DNA from: Xanthobacteraceae bacterium
GTDB taxonomy: Bacteria > Pseudomonadota > Alphaproteobacteria > Rhizobiales > Xanthobacteraceae
DNA: 64,000 nt
Reading direction: 5' to 3'
Assembly (NCBI GenBank): GCA_049651165.1
Contig: JBASBO010000216.1
Location: 192-64,191 of the forward strand
Shown: in pieces, positions 39,902-48,718 of the stretch
How the letters are laid out: each line of letters starts with the position of its first letter
Numbering within the stretch: position 1 is the stretch's first letter
Made by a program: the position numbers and the translations under genes
The notes under the pieces: model-generated
What the model was told of the DNA's origin: nothing
Databases searched by the model: none
What the model saw: the letters and a program-made list of their open reading frames with translations, nothing else

Positions 39902-41533
39902 TCAGGCGCTCTGGCGCGCGGATATATCGATATTTCGCGTCCGGCGATCGCTTTTGATCATGTCGGAGGCATATTCGCCGATAGCGATGGCGCCGGCATT
40001 GGTGTTGCCCGATGGCACGGCCGGCATCACCGAAGCATCGACGACCCTTAAACCATATACGCCATGCACGCGGAGTTTTGGGTCAACGACTGCCATATCG
40101 TCGTTGCCGATCCGGCAGGTGCCGACAGGGTGAAAAATCGTTGTTGCCGTCTGGCGGATGAAGTCTTCGATCTCGCGATCTGTTTCGAGGAAGCGGTCCG
40201 GTCGGTATGGCGCCTTGACATAGGGCGTCATACCGTTTGAGCGGGCGATATCCTGCGCCAGCCGGACGCCGGCGGTCATGACGCGGCGATCTTCAGCGGT
40301 CGCAAAGTAGTTCATGAGGATTTCCGGCGGCGTCGCCATATCCTTGCTGCGCGCCTTCAGGTGGCCGCGGCTGGTCGGCCGTAGCTGACACACCGACAAC
40401 GTGAAGCCGGGGAAATCATGCGGCTGGCCGGCGGTTTTGTCGGCGCTGATCGTTCCGAAATGAAACTGAATATCCGGCTGGATTTCCTCCGGCCGGCTGC
40501 GCGCGAACAGGCAGGCAAGCTGAATGCCCGCCGCGACCGGCCCCTTTTGTTGCAGCAGCCATTGCAATCCGATGTGCGCGCGGCCCCACAATGTCCGCAG
40601 CGAATCGTTGGTGGTGATGGGCTTGGTGCATCGGTACATCACCCGGACCTGAAGGTGATCGTGGAGGTTCTGGCCGACACCGGGAAGATCGACCACCGGC
40701 TGCACGCCAATGTCGCGCAACAGGTCGGCGGGTCCTACGCCCGAGCATTGCAAAAGCTGGGGCGACTGGAATGCGCCGGCGCTGACGATCACTTCATGCC
40801 GCGCGTAAGCCTCCATGATGCGGCCGTTCTGCTCGTACTGGACGCCGATGGCGCGAACGCCATCGAACAGGATGCGGCGCGCGAGCGCGCCGGTTTCGAC
40901 CGTGAGCGAACCCTCGCGCTTGACGTTGCGCAAATAGCCGCGCGCTGTGGAGCAGCGCCGCCCGCCGCCGGTTGTAAGTTGAACGTAACCGACGCCGTCC
41001 TGGTTTGGGCCGTTGAAGTCATCGTTGCGCGGAATTCCACATTCGACCGCACCGGCGATGAACGCCTCGACCAGCTCGTGCTTGCCGCGGACATCGGAGA
41101 CCCGCAAAGGGCCATCCCCGCCATGCAGGGCGCTGGCGCCACGCTGGTTGGCTTCGGCGCGCTTGAAGTAGGGCAAGACATCGTCCCATCCCCAGCCTTC
41201 ATTGCCCATGGCTTTCCAGTTATCGTAGTCGTTGGCATGTCCGCGGATATAGATCAGGCCATTGATCGAGCTTGAGCCACCGAGGACCTTGCCGCGCGGC
41301 TGATAGATGCGCCGATTGTCGAGGTGAGGCTCAGGCTCCGAATAGAACTGCCAGTTCACGGAGCTGTTGAACATCGTCTTGCCATAACCGATCGGGATAT
41401 GAATCCAGATATTGCGGTCCTTTGGCCCAGCTTCGAGCAGCAGCACGCGGATGCCGTGATCTTGAGCCAGCCGCGCCGCGACGGCGCAACCCGCCGACCC
41501 GGCTCCGGCGACGATATAATCGAATTCCTCCAT
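39902..41533 (-). CDS. GMC family oxidoreductase (choline/alcohol dehydrogenase-like flavoprotein)
   Basis: Start MEEFDYIVAGAGSAGCAVAARLAQD (cat 41531-41533): the FAD GxGxxG motif. GKVLGGSSSINGLIYIRG is GMC signature 1. The C-terminal HPVGTCRIG holds the active-site His region. Confidence 0.9.
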   Translation of the reverse strand: MEEFDYIVAGAGSAGCAVAARLAQDHGIRVLLLEAGPKDRNIWIHIPIGYGKTMFNSSVNWQFYSEPEPHLDNRRIYQPRGKVLGGSSSINGLIYIRGHANDYDNWKAMGNEGWGWDDVLPYFKRAEANQRGASALHGGDGPLRVSDVRGKHELVEAFIAGAVECGIPRNDDFNGPNQDGVGYVQLTTGGGRRCSTARGYLRNVKREGSLTVETGALARRILFDGVRAIGVQYEQNGRIMEAYARHEVIVSAGAFQSPQLLQCSGVGPADLLRDIGVQPVVDLPGVGQNLHDHLQVRVMYRCTKPITTNDSLRTLWGRAHIGLQWLLQQKGPVAAGIQLACLFARSRPEEIQPDIQFHFGTISADKTAGQPHDFPGFTLSVCQLRPTSRGHLKARSKDMATPPEILMNYFATAEDRRVMTAGVRLAQDIARSNGMTPYVKAPYRPDRFLETDREIEDFIRQTATTIFHPVGTCRIGNDDMAVVDPKLRVHGVYGLRVVDASVMPAVPSGNTNAGAIAIGEYASDMIKSDRRTRNIDISARQSA

Positions 41534-41549
41534 GCCGACTTTCCTTACC

Positions 41550-43001
41550 TCACGGTGCCAGCCGCTGGCTGATGAACTTCGTTTCCAGGAAGGCGTCGAG
41601 GCCCTCTGGTCCACCCTCGTAGCCAAGGCCGCTCTGCCGGTGAGCGGCGACCGGCGCATCGGCCAATAACGGCACGAAATCGTTGATGCCGAGCCATGCC
41701 GCCTGGATACGTTCTGTGAAGGCATGGGCGCGGTCGAGCGAATTGGTGAAAGCGTAAGCCGAGAGGCCGACGTCGTTATTGTTGGCGGCGGCAAACATGG
41801 CGTCGATATCGGTGAAGGGGATCAGCGGTGCAATCGGGCAAAATGGCTCCTCCCTGAGGATGCGGGCCGCTGGATCGATATCGGTCGCCACGGTGGGAGC
41901 AAAGAAGTAGCCGGCATTGCCGAGTCGCTGACCACCGGCAAGCAAAGCCCCGCCGCCTTTGATGATATCGTCAACCAGGGCTTCCGCCGCTTCCAGCCGC
42001 CGGCGGTTGGACAGGGGGCCGACTTCGGTGCCGGCCTCGAGACCGGGGCCGACCTTCAACTGGCGCGCGACTTCGGCGAAAACCCGCGCGAAAGCCGGAA
42101 AGACGCTGTCGTGAATATAGAAGCGCGACGGAGCAAGGCAGACCTGACCCGCATTGCGATATTTAAACATGGCGCAGCGCAGCGCGACCGTTTCGGCATC
42201 GACATCGTCAAAGACGATAACGGGCGCGTGCCCTCCAAGCTCCATGGTAACGGCCTTGAGGTGCCGGCCTGCCTTCTCCGCAAGGAGCTTCCCTACGGCA
42301 ATCGATCCGGTAAACGAGATCTTGCGAATTTCGGGCGCGGCGATCAGTCGGTCGGATATGGCCGCAGGATCGCCGAACAACAGGTTCAACGCGTTTGCCG
42401 GAACGCCGGCCTCGATCATCAGGCGTACCAGTTCGATGCAGATGGCGGGGCATTCCTCCGCCGGCTTCAGCACGATGGAGCAGCCTGCCGCAAGAGCCGG
42501 TGCGATCTTGCGCATCGGCAGGACCGCCGGGAAATTCCACGGCGAGAATCCCGCAACGGGGCCCAGCGGCCGCTTGATGACGGTTTGCGCAAGGCCGGCG
42601 GCGCGTGGCGGATAAACCCGCCCATAAGTCCGTTTGCCTTCCTCGGCGCAGTAGACGAGGGTTTCACGCACCCGGTCGATCTCGCCGCGCGACTCCGGCA
42701 GCGGCTTTCCATTCTCAAGGGTAATGATGCGGGCCAGACGTTCCGTATCGGCCGCAATCAGGCTTTCAGCCCGAAGCAGAATCTCGGCGCGCTGCCATGG
42801 AGAGTGGCGCGACCATTCGTGAAAGCCTTGAACCGACGAGGCGATGGCATCGTCGATGTCCTCGGCCCGGGCAACCGGAAGTTCGCCGAGAATTGAGCCA
42901 TCCGCCGGATTCTCGATGGCAATGCAGGCGCGCCCGGCGCCGCGACGCCATTGCCCCGCGACGAACAAAGCGAGAGATTCAGGATAGCCCGCCGTTTCCA
43001 T
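41550..43001 (-). CDS. NAD(P)-dependent aldehyde dehydrogenase
   Basis: 483 aa. FSPWNFP, KAVTMELGGHAPVIVFDD (catalytic Glu) and FKYRNAGQVCLAPSRFYI (catalytic Cys) motifs. Confidence 0.92.
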   Translation of the reverse strand: METAGYPESLALFVAGQWRRGAGRACIAIENPADGSILGELPVARAEDIDDAIASSVQGFHEWSRHSPWQRAEILLRAESLIAADTERLARIITLENGKPLPESRGEIDRVRETLVYCAEEGKRTYGRVYPPRAAGLAQTVIKRPLGPVAGFSPWNFPAVLPMRKIAPALAAGCSIVLKPAEECPAICIELVRLMIEAGVPANALNLLFGDPAAISDRLIAAPEIRKISFTGSIAVGKLLAEKAGRHLKAVTMELGGHAPVIVFDDVDAETVALRCAMFKYRNAGQVCLAPSRFYIHDSVFPAFARVFAEVARQLKVGPGLEAGTEVGPLSNRRRLEAAEALVDDIIKGGGALLAGGQRLGNAGYFFAPTVATDIDPAARILREEPFCPIAPLIPFTDIDAMFAAANNNDVGLSAYAFTNSLDRAHAFTERIQAAWLGINDFVPLLADAPVAAHRQSGLGYEGGPEGLDAFLETKFISQRLAP

Positions 43002-43159
43002 GTCATACCCTTCGTATCAGGGAGCGAGCCCGGCGGGTTCGTTCAGATTCCGGTTATACGTTGATGCGCCGGCGCGATGTCACCGGACAACATCGGATTT
43101 CAGATCTAAAGCCAACTTTCTGATGCTCACCCCAAATCATCGGCAACGAGCAAATCCCG

Positions 43160-43342
43160 CTAGGATTTCAGGAAGCGTTGTTTCGCCGTGTCGCGCTTTT
43201 TTCGGCCAGCGGTGGAGTTCGGGACAGGATCCGCGCGTCGCGGCCCCCGCATATAGTGCCGCTCCGGCCGGTACCCGCTGCGCATTTTCTTGATCGCCTT
43301 CAGAAGCTGCGTCCAGATGCTCATCCTTATCGCCGTGCTCAT
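43160..43342 (-). CDS. small basic hypothetical protein (60 aa) with a YRPERHYMRGP motif
   Basis: ATG lies 3 nt after the PaaI stop. Third-codon positions are strongly G/C, like neighbouring real genes. MSTAIRMSIWTQLLKAIKKMRSGYRPERHYMRGPRRADPV... resembles, from memory, small conserved Rhizobiales ORFs. Not verified. Confidence 0.4.
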   Translation of the reverse strand: MSTAIRMSIWTQLLKAIKKMRSGYRPERHYMRGPRRADPVPNSTAGRKKRDTAKQRFLKS

Positions 43343-43345
43343 CGC

Positions 43346-43774
43346 CTAGCCTTTGATCACGAGTTGCGTCTGCGTGGTGATTGAGACAGGCCGATCGTCG
43401 TCGCCGTAGATGACCGTCTGCCAAACCATCGTGGTTCGCCCTTTATGCAGAGCGTCCGCGCGGGCCCGGAGCCGGCGTTCAGGCGCCGCCGCGCGAAGGA
43501 AATTCGTTTTTGATTCGATCGTCGTCGTGCCTTGTCCGGGCAGAAGATTGATGCGGGTCGCAAAGCCGCCCACGGTGTCGGCGATCGCCATCAGCACGCC
43601 GCCATGCACGACATTGCGCCGGCTGATGTGGTTGTCGGCAGGGACTATTTCGGCGATGACGTAATCCGGATCCGCCTCGATGAAACGCAAGCCGAGCAGC
43701 GCGGCGAATGTCCCGGGCACGTCGCCGTTGAGACGTGCCAGCAGATCTGCCCGGATTTCGGGCGTGGTCGCCAT
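43346..43774 (-). CDS. PaaI-family (hotdog-fold) thioesterase
   Basis: 142 aa. ...HISRRNVVHGGVLMAIADTVGGFA...TIESKTNFLRAA is the PaaI/4HBT-II signature. 1-nt overlap (TGATG) with the upstream gene. Confidence 0.8.
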   Translation of the reverse strand: MATTPEIRADLLARLNGDVPGTFAALLGLRFIEADPDYVIAEIVPADNHISRRNVVHGGVLMAIADTVGGFATRINLLPGQGTTTIESKTNFLRAAAPERRLRARADALHKGRTTMVWQTVIYGDDDRPVSITTQTQLVIKG

Positions 43775-44202
43775 CAGGATCTCGCGCGCCGAAGGATGCT
43801 GACGCGTCCCGCCTTCGGGTCGATTTCCACTTCGTCGCCCGTACGCAATGCCGCAGTGATGTCGCAGTCGAAGCGATCCATCAACGAAATGCCGGCCAGC
43901 GCCGCGCCCTGCGCGATCACGGGATTGACGAAGTTGAAGAGGATGGCTTTGGGCGCCTTGTTCATCTTCACCATCTGATGCAGCATCCAGGCCGAGGCGA
44001 CGCCGCCCTTGGCCATGTTGAGAACCAGAACCTTGTCGATGTAGGATTGCCCGTAGAGCTTGTGGGCCGGACGCGAAAACACGCCCTTGATACGGTCGAG
44101 ATCGTAGCGCGCCGAGAATCCGTCATTGGCCGCGAGAACCGTGCCCGTCAGCGCTTCGCCAATTCCGGCGTGGCCGCGGATGATTTCGATCGTCTCGCTC
44201 AT
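43774..44202 (-). CDS. aconitase X swivel-domain subunit (DUF126), small subunit of split AcnX
   Basis: Start MSETIEIIRGHAGIGEALTG (cat 44200-44202) in an ATGA overlap with the large subunit. GQSYIDKVLVLNMAKGGVASAWMLHQMVKMNKAPKAILFNFVNPVIAQGAALAGI matches the DUF126 pattern. Confidence 0.8.
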   Translation of the reverse strand: MSETIEIIRGHAGIGEALTGTVLAANDGFSARYDLDRIKGVFSRPAHKLYGQSYIDKVLVLNMAKGGVASAWMLHQMVKMNKAPKAILFNFVNPVIAQGAALAGISLMDRFDCDITAALRTGDEVEIDPKAGRVSILRRARS

Positions 44203-45440
44203 GTCAGTGCCCCCTTGATGGCGACGTCCACGCAACGGTCCATCGGCAGAAGGACCGGGTCATAGCCATATCCGGCAATGATATTGGACAACTTGGCCGA
44301 GTTGGTCGCGATCCGCTTCCATCCGTTCGCCTGGCCCATTTCGCGGGCATACATCTGGTAGAAGCAGGTCCCCTCGAGAACGACCGCCCCGCTTGCCGTG
44401 ATCTTGTCGAGAAGCCCGATGCGCCGCGCGCCGCTGCCGATCTCCGGCGAGGTGGTCGCGAAAAGCTGGACGCCCTTGGCGAGTTTGCGGCCTTCGAGCA
44501 GGCCCGCGAGCTGGCGGAGTTCGAACAGGGAAAGCTGCGGCGCGGAGAACACGACGACGTCGATCCGCTGCTCCTGATTGTAGCTGTTGAAAAAGGCATC
44601 GAGCATGGCTTCGTCGATGTCGATCGGTGTTGGCGGCGGACCGCCGAAGGCTTCCTCGATCGTCCCGGCTTCGGGGGTGACGCCAACGATGTGGAACATC
44701 GGGGTCGAACCGAAACTTGCAAGCGCGGCGCCGAAATGCTTGAGGGCGTCCGAGGTTGGAGGCGATTGCACGTTCGACAGCACCGGCACGTCCCAGTAGG
44801 ACGCCATCCGCTTGCCGATCAGCGCGCCGAAAGCACCCCAGTCTGTCCAGTCGCGCGGCTGAACCTTCAACCGGAAATGAACCGTGCCTCTGCGGACCCG
44901 CTCGTCATGGTAGCCGTAAGCGGGAACGCGCCCCGTCAGCGCCGCCCACAAGGCCGCGGAGCCGCCTTCGAAATTGCTGCGCGCGCCGCAGACGCTGTTG
45001 GCGTAGATGACCGAGCCGGTATCGCCAAAGGCGATATGTTCGCCCTTCAGGGGCGGGATGATGGTCTGATAGTTGATGCAGGTCGACGTGCGCATGATTC
45101 CCATGCTGGTGAACGCGGCCGCGATGCGTTCTTCCAGGGCCATCGCCTGGGCCGGCTGCTTCATCAGCTCGCAGTGATGCAGATCGACGCTGGACGGATC
45201 GGTGACGGTCGGCACCATGACGCGGCAGGCGTCGGCACCGTATCCGACGAAGCGCTCGAGCAGATCGACGCCGGCAGGGCCGACAGCCTCGCTGTCCGCC
45301 ATCAAATGAGCTTGCGATATCTCGACAAAGCGCTCGGCGTCGAAGAACTGTCCGACCTTGAGTTGCTGCTCCAGCGCGAACCGCCGCGGTTCTCCATGCC
45401 TGCCGGCAAGCATGTCTTTTTCGTACTGTGTAAGCTGCAT
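44199..45440 (-). CDS. aconitase X catalytic-domain subunit (DUF521), large subunit of split AcnX
   Basis: MQLTQYEKDMLAGRHGEPRRFALEQQLKVGQFFDAERFVEISQAHLMAD... is the characteristic DUF521 N-terminus. 413 aa. Confidence 0.85.
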   Translation of the reverse strand: MQLTQYEKDMLAGRHGEPRRFALEQQLKVGQFFDAERFVEISQAHLMADSEAVGPAGVDLLERFVGYGADACRVMVPTVTDPSSVDLHHCELMKQPAQAMALEERIAAAFTSMGIMRTSTCINYQTIIPPLKGEHIAFGDTGSVIYANSVCGARSNFEGGSAALWAALTGRVPAYGYHDERVRRGTVHFRLKVQPRDWTDWGAFGALIGKRMASYWDVPVLSNVQSPPTSDALKHFGAALASFGSTPMFHIVGVTPEAGTIEEAFGGPPPTPIDIDEAMLDAFFNSYNQEQRIDVVVFSAPQLSLFELRQLAGLLEGRKLAKGVQLFATTSPEIGSGARRIGLLDKITASGAVVLEGTCFYQMYAREMGQANGWKRIATNSAKLSNIIAGYGYDPVLLPMDRCVDVAIKGALT

Positions 45441-45612
45441 CTGTCGTATCCGTCTTGCGCTCGATGTCCGCAGTGACAGCGGAGCGTGATCCTGCCGATA
45501 GCAAACGCTAATCAGGAAAGCCGGATGCGGGGTATATAAGTTGAACTAATAAAGGTCTGTCTTGAGCCGTGCGCTACATCGAAGCAACGATAGGTCGGAG
45601 GAGACGCGCTCA

Positions 45613-45927
45613 ATGATAAAGATGACCATTACGCTATTCCGCAATCAGGAGACCCTGGAAGAACAGCAGCGCTGGTGGCTGGAAGATCATGCGCCGATCG
45701 CGCGACGGATGCCTGGGTTGCGCGGCTATGTCATCAATCTGGCCGACAAGGGAGAAGCCGGCGCGGATCCGGACATTTGCGGCACCGATGAATTGTTGTT
45801 CGACGACTGGGAGGCTGCCCAGCGTGCTTACAACTCGCCGGAATGGCAGGAGGCGAGAGCCCATACCGCCGCGTCCGGCGCAAAGGCGGTCCGGGCCTGG
45901 GTCCGTGAGACCGTCCAGATTATCTGA
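45613..45927 (+). CDS. EthD family (dimeric alpha/beta-barrel) protein
   Basis: Start MIKMTITLFRNQETLEEQQRWWLEDHAPIARRMPGLRGYVINL (atg 45613, GGAGGAG upstream). TIGR02118/EthD-like pattern. Confidence 0.75.
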   Translation: MIKMTITLFRNQETLEEQQRWWLEDHAPIARRMPGLRGYVINLADKGEAGADPDICGTDELLFDDWEAAQRAYNSPEWQEARAHTAASGAKAVRAWVRETVQII

Positions 45928-45964
45928 TCGCGATTCCTCTATTCCGCAATCCAAAGGATCGAAC

Positions 45965-46750
45965 ATGAGTTCTGAAACCAATCCCACCACTTGCCGGCGT
46001 CTTGACAACCGTGTGGCGATCGTGACGGGCGGTGCGGGCGGGATCGGCCGCGCGACGGTCCGGCGCCTGGCCGCCGAAGGTGCGAAGGTCGAGATCTTCG
46101 ACGCCGTCGCCGACGGTGTCGCCAAGTGCGTCGCCGACTTTCGGACCGAGGGTCTGGAGGTTCACGGGCAGACGGTCGATGTCGGCGATGACGATGCCGT
46201 CGAGCGGGCCACCGCGGCCGTGACCGAACGGCACGGGCGTCTCGATATCATGGTCTGCGGAGCCGGCGTTCGTCCGGTGGCGCCCATTCTCGAAACGACG
46301 CTCGCGGACTGGCATCTGAGCCTCAAGGTCAACCTGACGGGTGTGTTCGTCTGCGGCCGCGCCGCGGCGCGGCGGATGTTGCCGACCGGGAAGGGCAGTA
46401 TCGTTGTGATCGCGTCGATCAATGCGATGCGCGGCGTCGCGACCATGAGTAGTTATAACGCCTCGAAGGCGGGCACTCTCGGCCTCATCAACACCATGGC
46501 GGCGGAATGGGGGCCAACGGGAGTTCGCACCAATGGAATCGCGCCGGCGCAGATCGAAACGCCGATGATCTTCGAGCAGGTCGGAGAGTTGCGCCGCCGC
46601 CGGGAGGAGCGCATCCCCCTGGGGCGTTATGGCAAGCCGCATGAAATTGCCGATGCTGTGGCATTCCTTGCTTCTGACGATGCCTCGTTCGTAAACGGCC
46701 ATCTGCTCTGCGTCGATGGCGGTTACACCACTTACGGCATCACCCCCTGA
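45965..46750 (+). CDS. SDR family oxidoreductase
   Basis: RVAIVTGGAGGIGRATVRRLAAEGAKV (TGxxxGxG), a NAM-containing stretch, and SSYNASKAG (YxxxK catalytic motif). Confidence 0.88.
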   Translation: MSSETNPTTCRRLDNRVAIVTGGAGGIGRATVRRLAAEGAKVEIFDAVADGVAKCVADFRTEGLEVHGQTVDVGDDDAVERATAAVTERHGRLDIMVCGAGVRPVAPILETTLADWHLSLKVNLTGVFVCGRAAARRMLPTGKGSIVVIASINAMRGVATMSSYNASKAGTLGLINTMAAEWGPTGVRTNGIAPAQIETPMIFEQVGELRRRREERIPLGRYGKPHEIADAVAFLASDDASFVNGHLLCVDGGYTTYGITP

Positions 46751-46817
46751 GACAGGGATGCGGCAACCGTGCCGGAATCAATGGCCGGCACCGGCCCCAC
46801 ATCAAGGAGAATAGCCG

Positions 46818-47324
46818 ATGTCCATCACGCTGGATGACATCAAGGTTGCGCTCGCGATCATCGAAAACGGCGAGGGGCGGGAAATCTCGCTCCGTTCCGG
46901 CGATATCGAGCTGACCGTGCGCCGTGGCCCGCCGGGAATGGCGGCGCCATCGATGCCTTCGTCAACAGGAGTGTCGCCTTCCGCGACACAGGGAGCGGTC
47001 GCGCCGGTTAGCGCGGCTGCGAATCCGGCCGAGCCGGCAGCGTCCGTTGCCTCTGGCGGCGGTGATGGGCCGCCGACGCCGACGGCGGTTCCGCTGCGCG
47101 CGCCGCTCACCGGCGTCATCTATCGCGCGCCTGCGCCGGATGAGCCGCCCTTCGTCACGCCGGGATCGGTCGTGGGGGACGATTCGGTGGTCTGCATCAT
47201 CGACGTCATGAAGGTGATGAACCTGATCAAGGCGCCCGCCGCCGGTCGCATCAGCCGAATAGATGTGCAGGACGGCCAGCTCGTCTCCAAGGGCGATGCC
47301 GTGTTGTGGATCGAGCCCGGTTAG
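46818..47324 (+). CDS. biotin carboxyl carrier protein (free-standing, AccB-like)
   Basis: N-terminal domain, a long Pro/Ala linker, then APLTGVIYRAPAPDEPPFVTPGSVVGDDSVVCIIDVMKVMNLIKAPAAGRISRIDVQDGQLVSKGDAVLWIE, with the biotinyl-Lys in the (V/A)MK(V/M)MN motif. AAGGAG RBS. Confidence 0.85.
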   Translation: MSITLDDIKVALAIIENGEGREISLRSGDIELTVRRGPPGMAAPSMPSSTGVSPSATQGAVAPVSAAANPAEPAASVASGGGDGPPTPTAVPLRAPLTGVIYRAPAPDEPPFVTPGSVVGDDSVVCIIDVMKVMNLIKAPAAGRISRIDVQDGQLVSKGDAVLWIEPG

Positions 47325-47348
47325 CTATTGAGAGTCCAAAGGACCATC

Positions 47349-48698
47349 ATGCTCAAACGTGTTCTTGTCGCCAATCGTGGCGAGATAGCGCTGCGAATCA
47401 TTCGAGCTTGCAGGGCATTGCAGCTTGAAAGCGTGGCGGTCTGCTCCGAGGCGGATATCGGTACGATGGCTGTGCGCGCGGCCGATCGCTTCGTTTGCAT
47501 CGGGCCTGCGCCATCGAAGCAGAGCTATCTGAATGTCGACGCCGTGATCGGCGCGGCTCTGTTGACGAAGGCGGATGCGATTCACCCCGGATATGGCTTT
47601 CTCGCCGAGAACAGCGAATTCGCCGCCCGCTGCGCCAAGGCAGGTCTTGTTTTTGTCGGGCCTGATCCACGGTCGATCAGTCTGATGGCGGAGAAGGCGC
47701 ACGCCCGGAAATGTGCCGTCGCGGCCGACGTGCCGGTGGTTCCCGGCAGCGAAGGAGAGGCCACCACCGATAAGGATCTGCTGGCCCGTGCCGCCGAGAC
47801 GATCGGCTATCCGGTCATGATCAAGGCTGCTGCCGGTGGCGGTGGCCGAGGCATGACCAAGGTCGATAGCCCGGATGAATTCGAGCAGCAGGCCCTCAAG
47901 GCGATCTCCGAAGCGCGTGGCGCCTTTGGGGATGGGCGTGTCTATGTCGAAAAATGTATCGAAAACGCCCGTCATGTCGAAGTACAAGTCATTTGCGATG
48001 GTCAAGATAGCTATGTCCATCTCGGGGAGCGCGACTGTTCGGTTCAGCGCCGCCATCAGAAACTGATTGAGGAAACGCCATCGCCGGGTCTGCCGCCAAA
48101 CCTGCGGGATGACCTGTGCGCGGCCGCGCTCAAGCTGTGCCGCGCCGTGTCTTATCGCAACGCGGGGACGATCGAGTTTCTTGTCGATCTGTCCGCCAGC
48201 CGCTTCTATTTTATCGAAATGAACACGCGTATCCAGGTCGAGCATCCGGTGACCGAGATGGTCAGCGGCGTCGATCTGGTCGCCGAGCAATTGCGCATCG
48301 CCGGCGGCGAGTCGATGAGTTTTTCGGGGACGCCTGAACTGCGCGGTCACGCCATCGAGTGTCGTGTCAACGCCGAGGATCCGGCGCAGGGATTCATGCC
48401 GACGCCGGGGCGCATCGAGGAACTGATCCTGCCCGGAGGACCCGGAATTCGGATTGATAGCCATTGTGAAGTCGGGACGGTCATTCCGCCGTTCTACGAT
48501 TCCATGATTGCCAAGATCGTCGCCTGGGGCGCAACGCGCGAGGCGGCGATCGACCGCCTCGTCTGCGCCTTGCAGGGGACGAAGATAAAAGGCGTGGCAA
48601 CCACCATTCCCGCCACGTTGCGCATTCTGAACCACCCTGAATTCCGCGAAGGCAGACACCACACGCGATGGTTTGAACAGGCCAACCTGCAATTCTGA
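47349..48698 (+). CDS. biotin carboxylase (AccC-type ATP-grasp subunit)
   Basis: MLKRVLVANRGEIALRIIRACRALQLESVAV...HPGYGFLAENSEFA...GYPVMIKAAAGGGGRGM...IEMNTRIQVEHPVTE: the complete biotin carboxylase signature set. Confidence 0.93.
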   Translation: MLKRVLVANRGEIALRIIRACRALQLESVAVCSEADIGTMAVRAADRFVCIGPAPSKQSYLNVDAVIGAALLTKADAIHPGYGFLAENSEFAARCAKAGLVFVGPDPRSISLMAEKAHARKCAVAADVPVVPGSEGEATTDKDLLARAAETIGYPVMIKAAAGGGGRGMTKVDSPDEFEQQALKAISEARGAFGDGRVYVEKCIENARHVEVQVICDGQDSYVHLGERDCSVQRRHQKLIEETPSPGLPPNLRDDLCAAALKLCRAVSYRNAGTIEFLVDLSASRFYFIEMNTRIQVEHPVTEMVSGVDLVAEQLRIAGGESMSFSGTPELRGHAIECRVNAEDPAQGFMPTPGRIEELILPGGPGIRIDSHCEVGTVIPPFYDSMIAKIVAWGATREAAIDRLVCALQGTKIKGVATTIPATLRILNHPEFREGRHHTRWFEQANLQF

Positions 48699-48718
48699 CG
48701 CGGGCGGAGGATATATCG

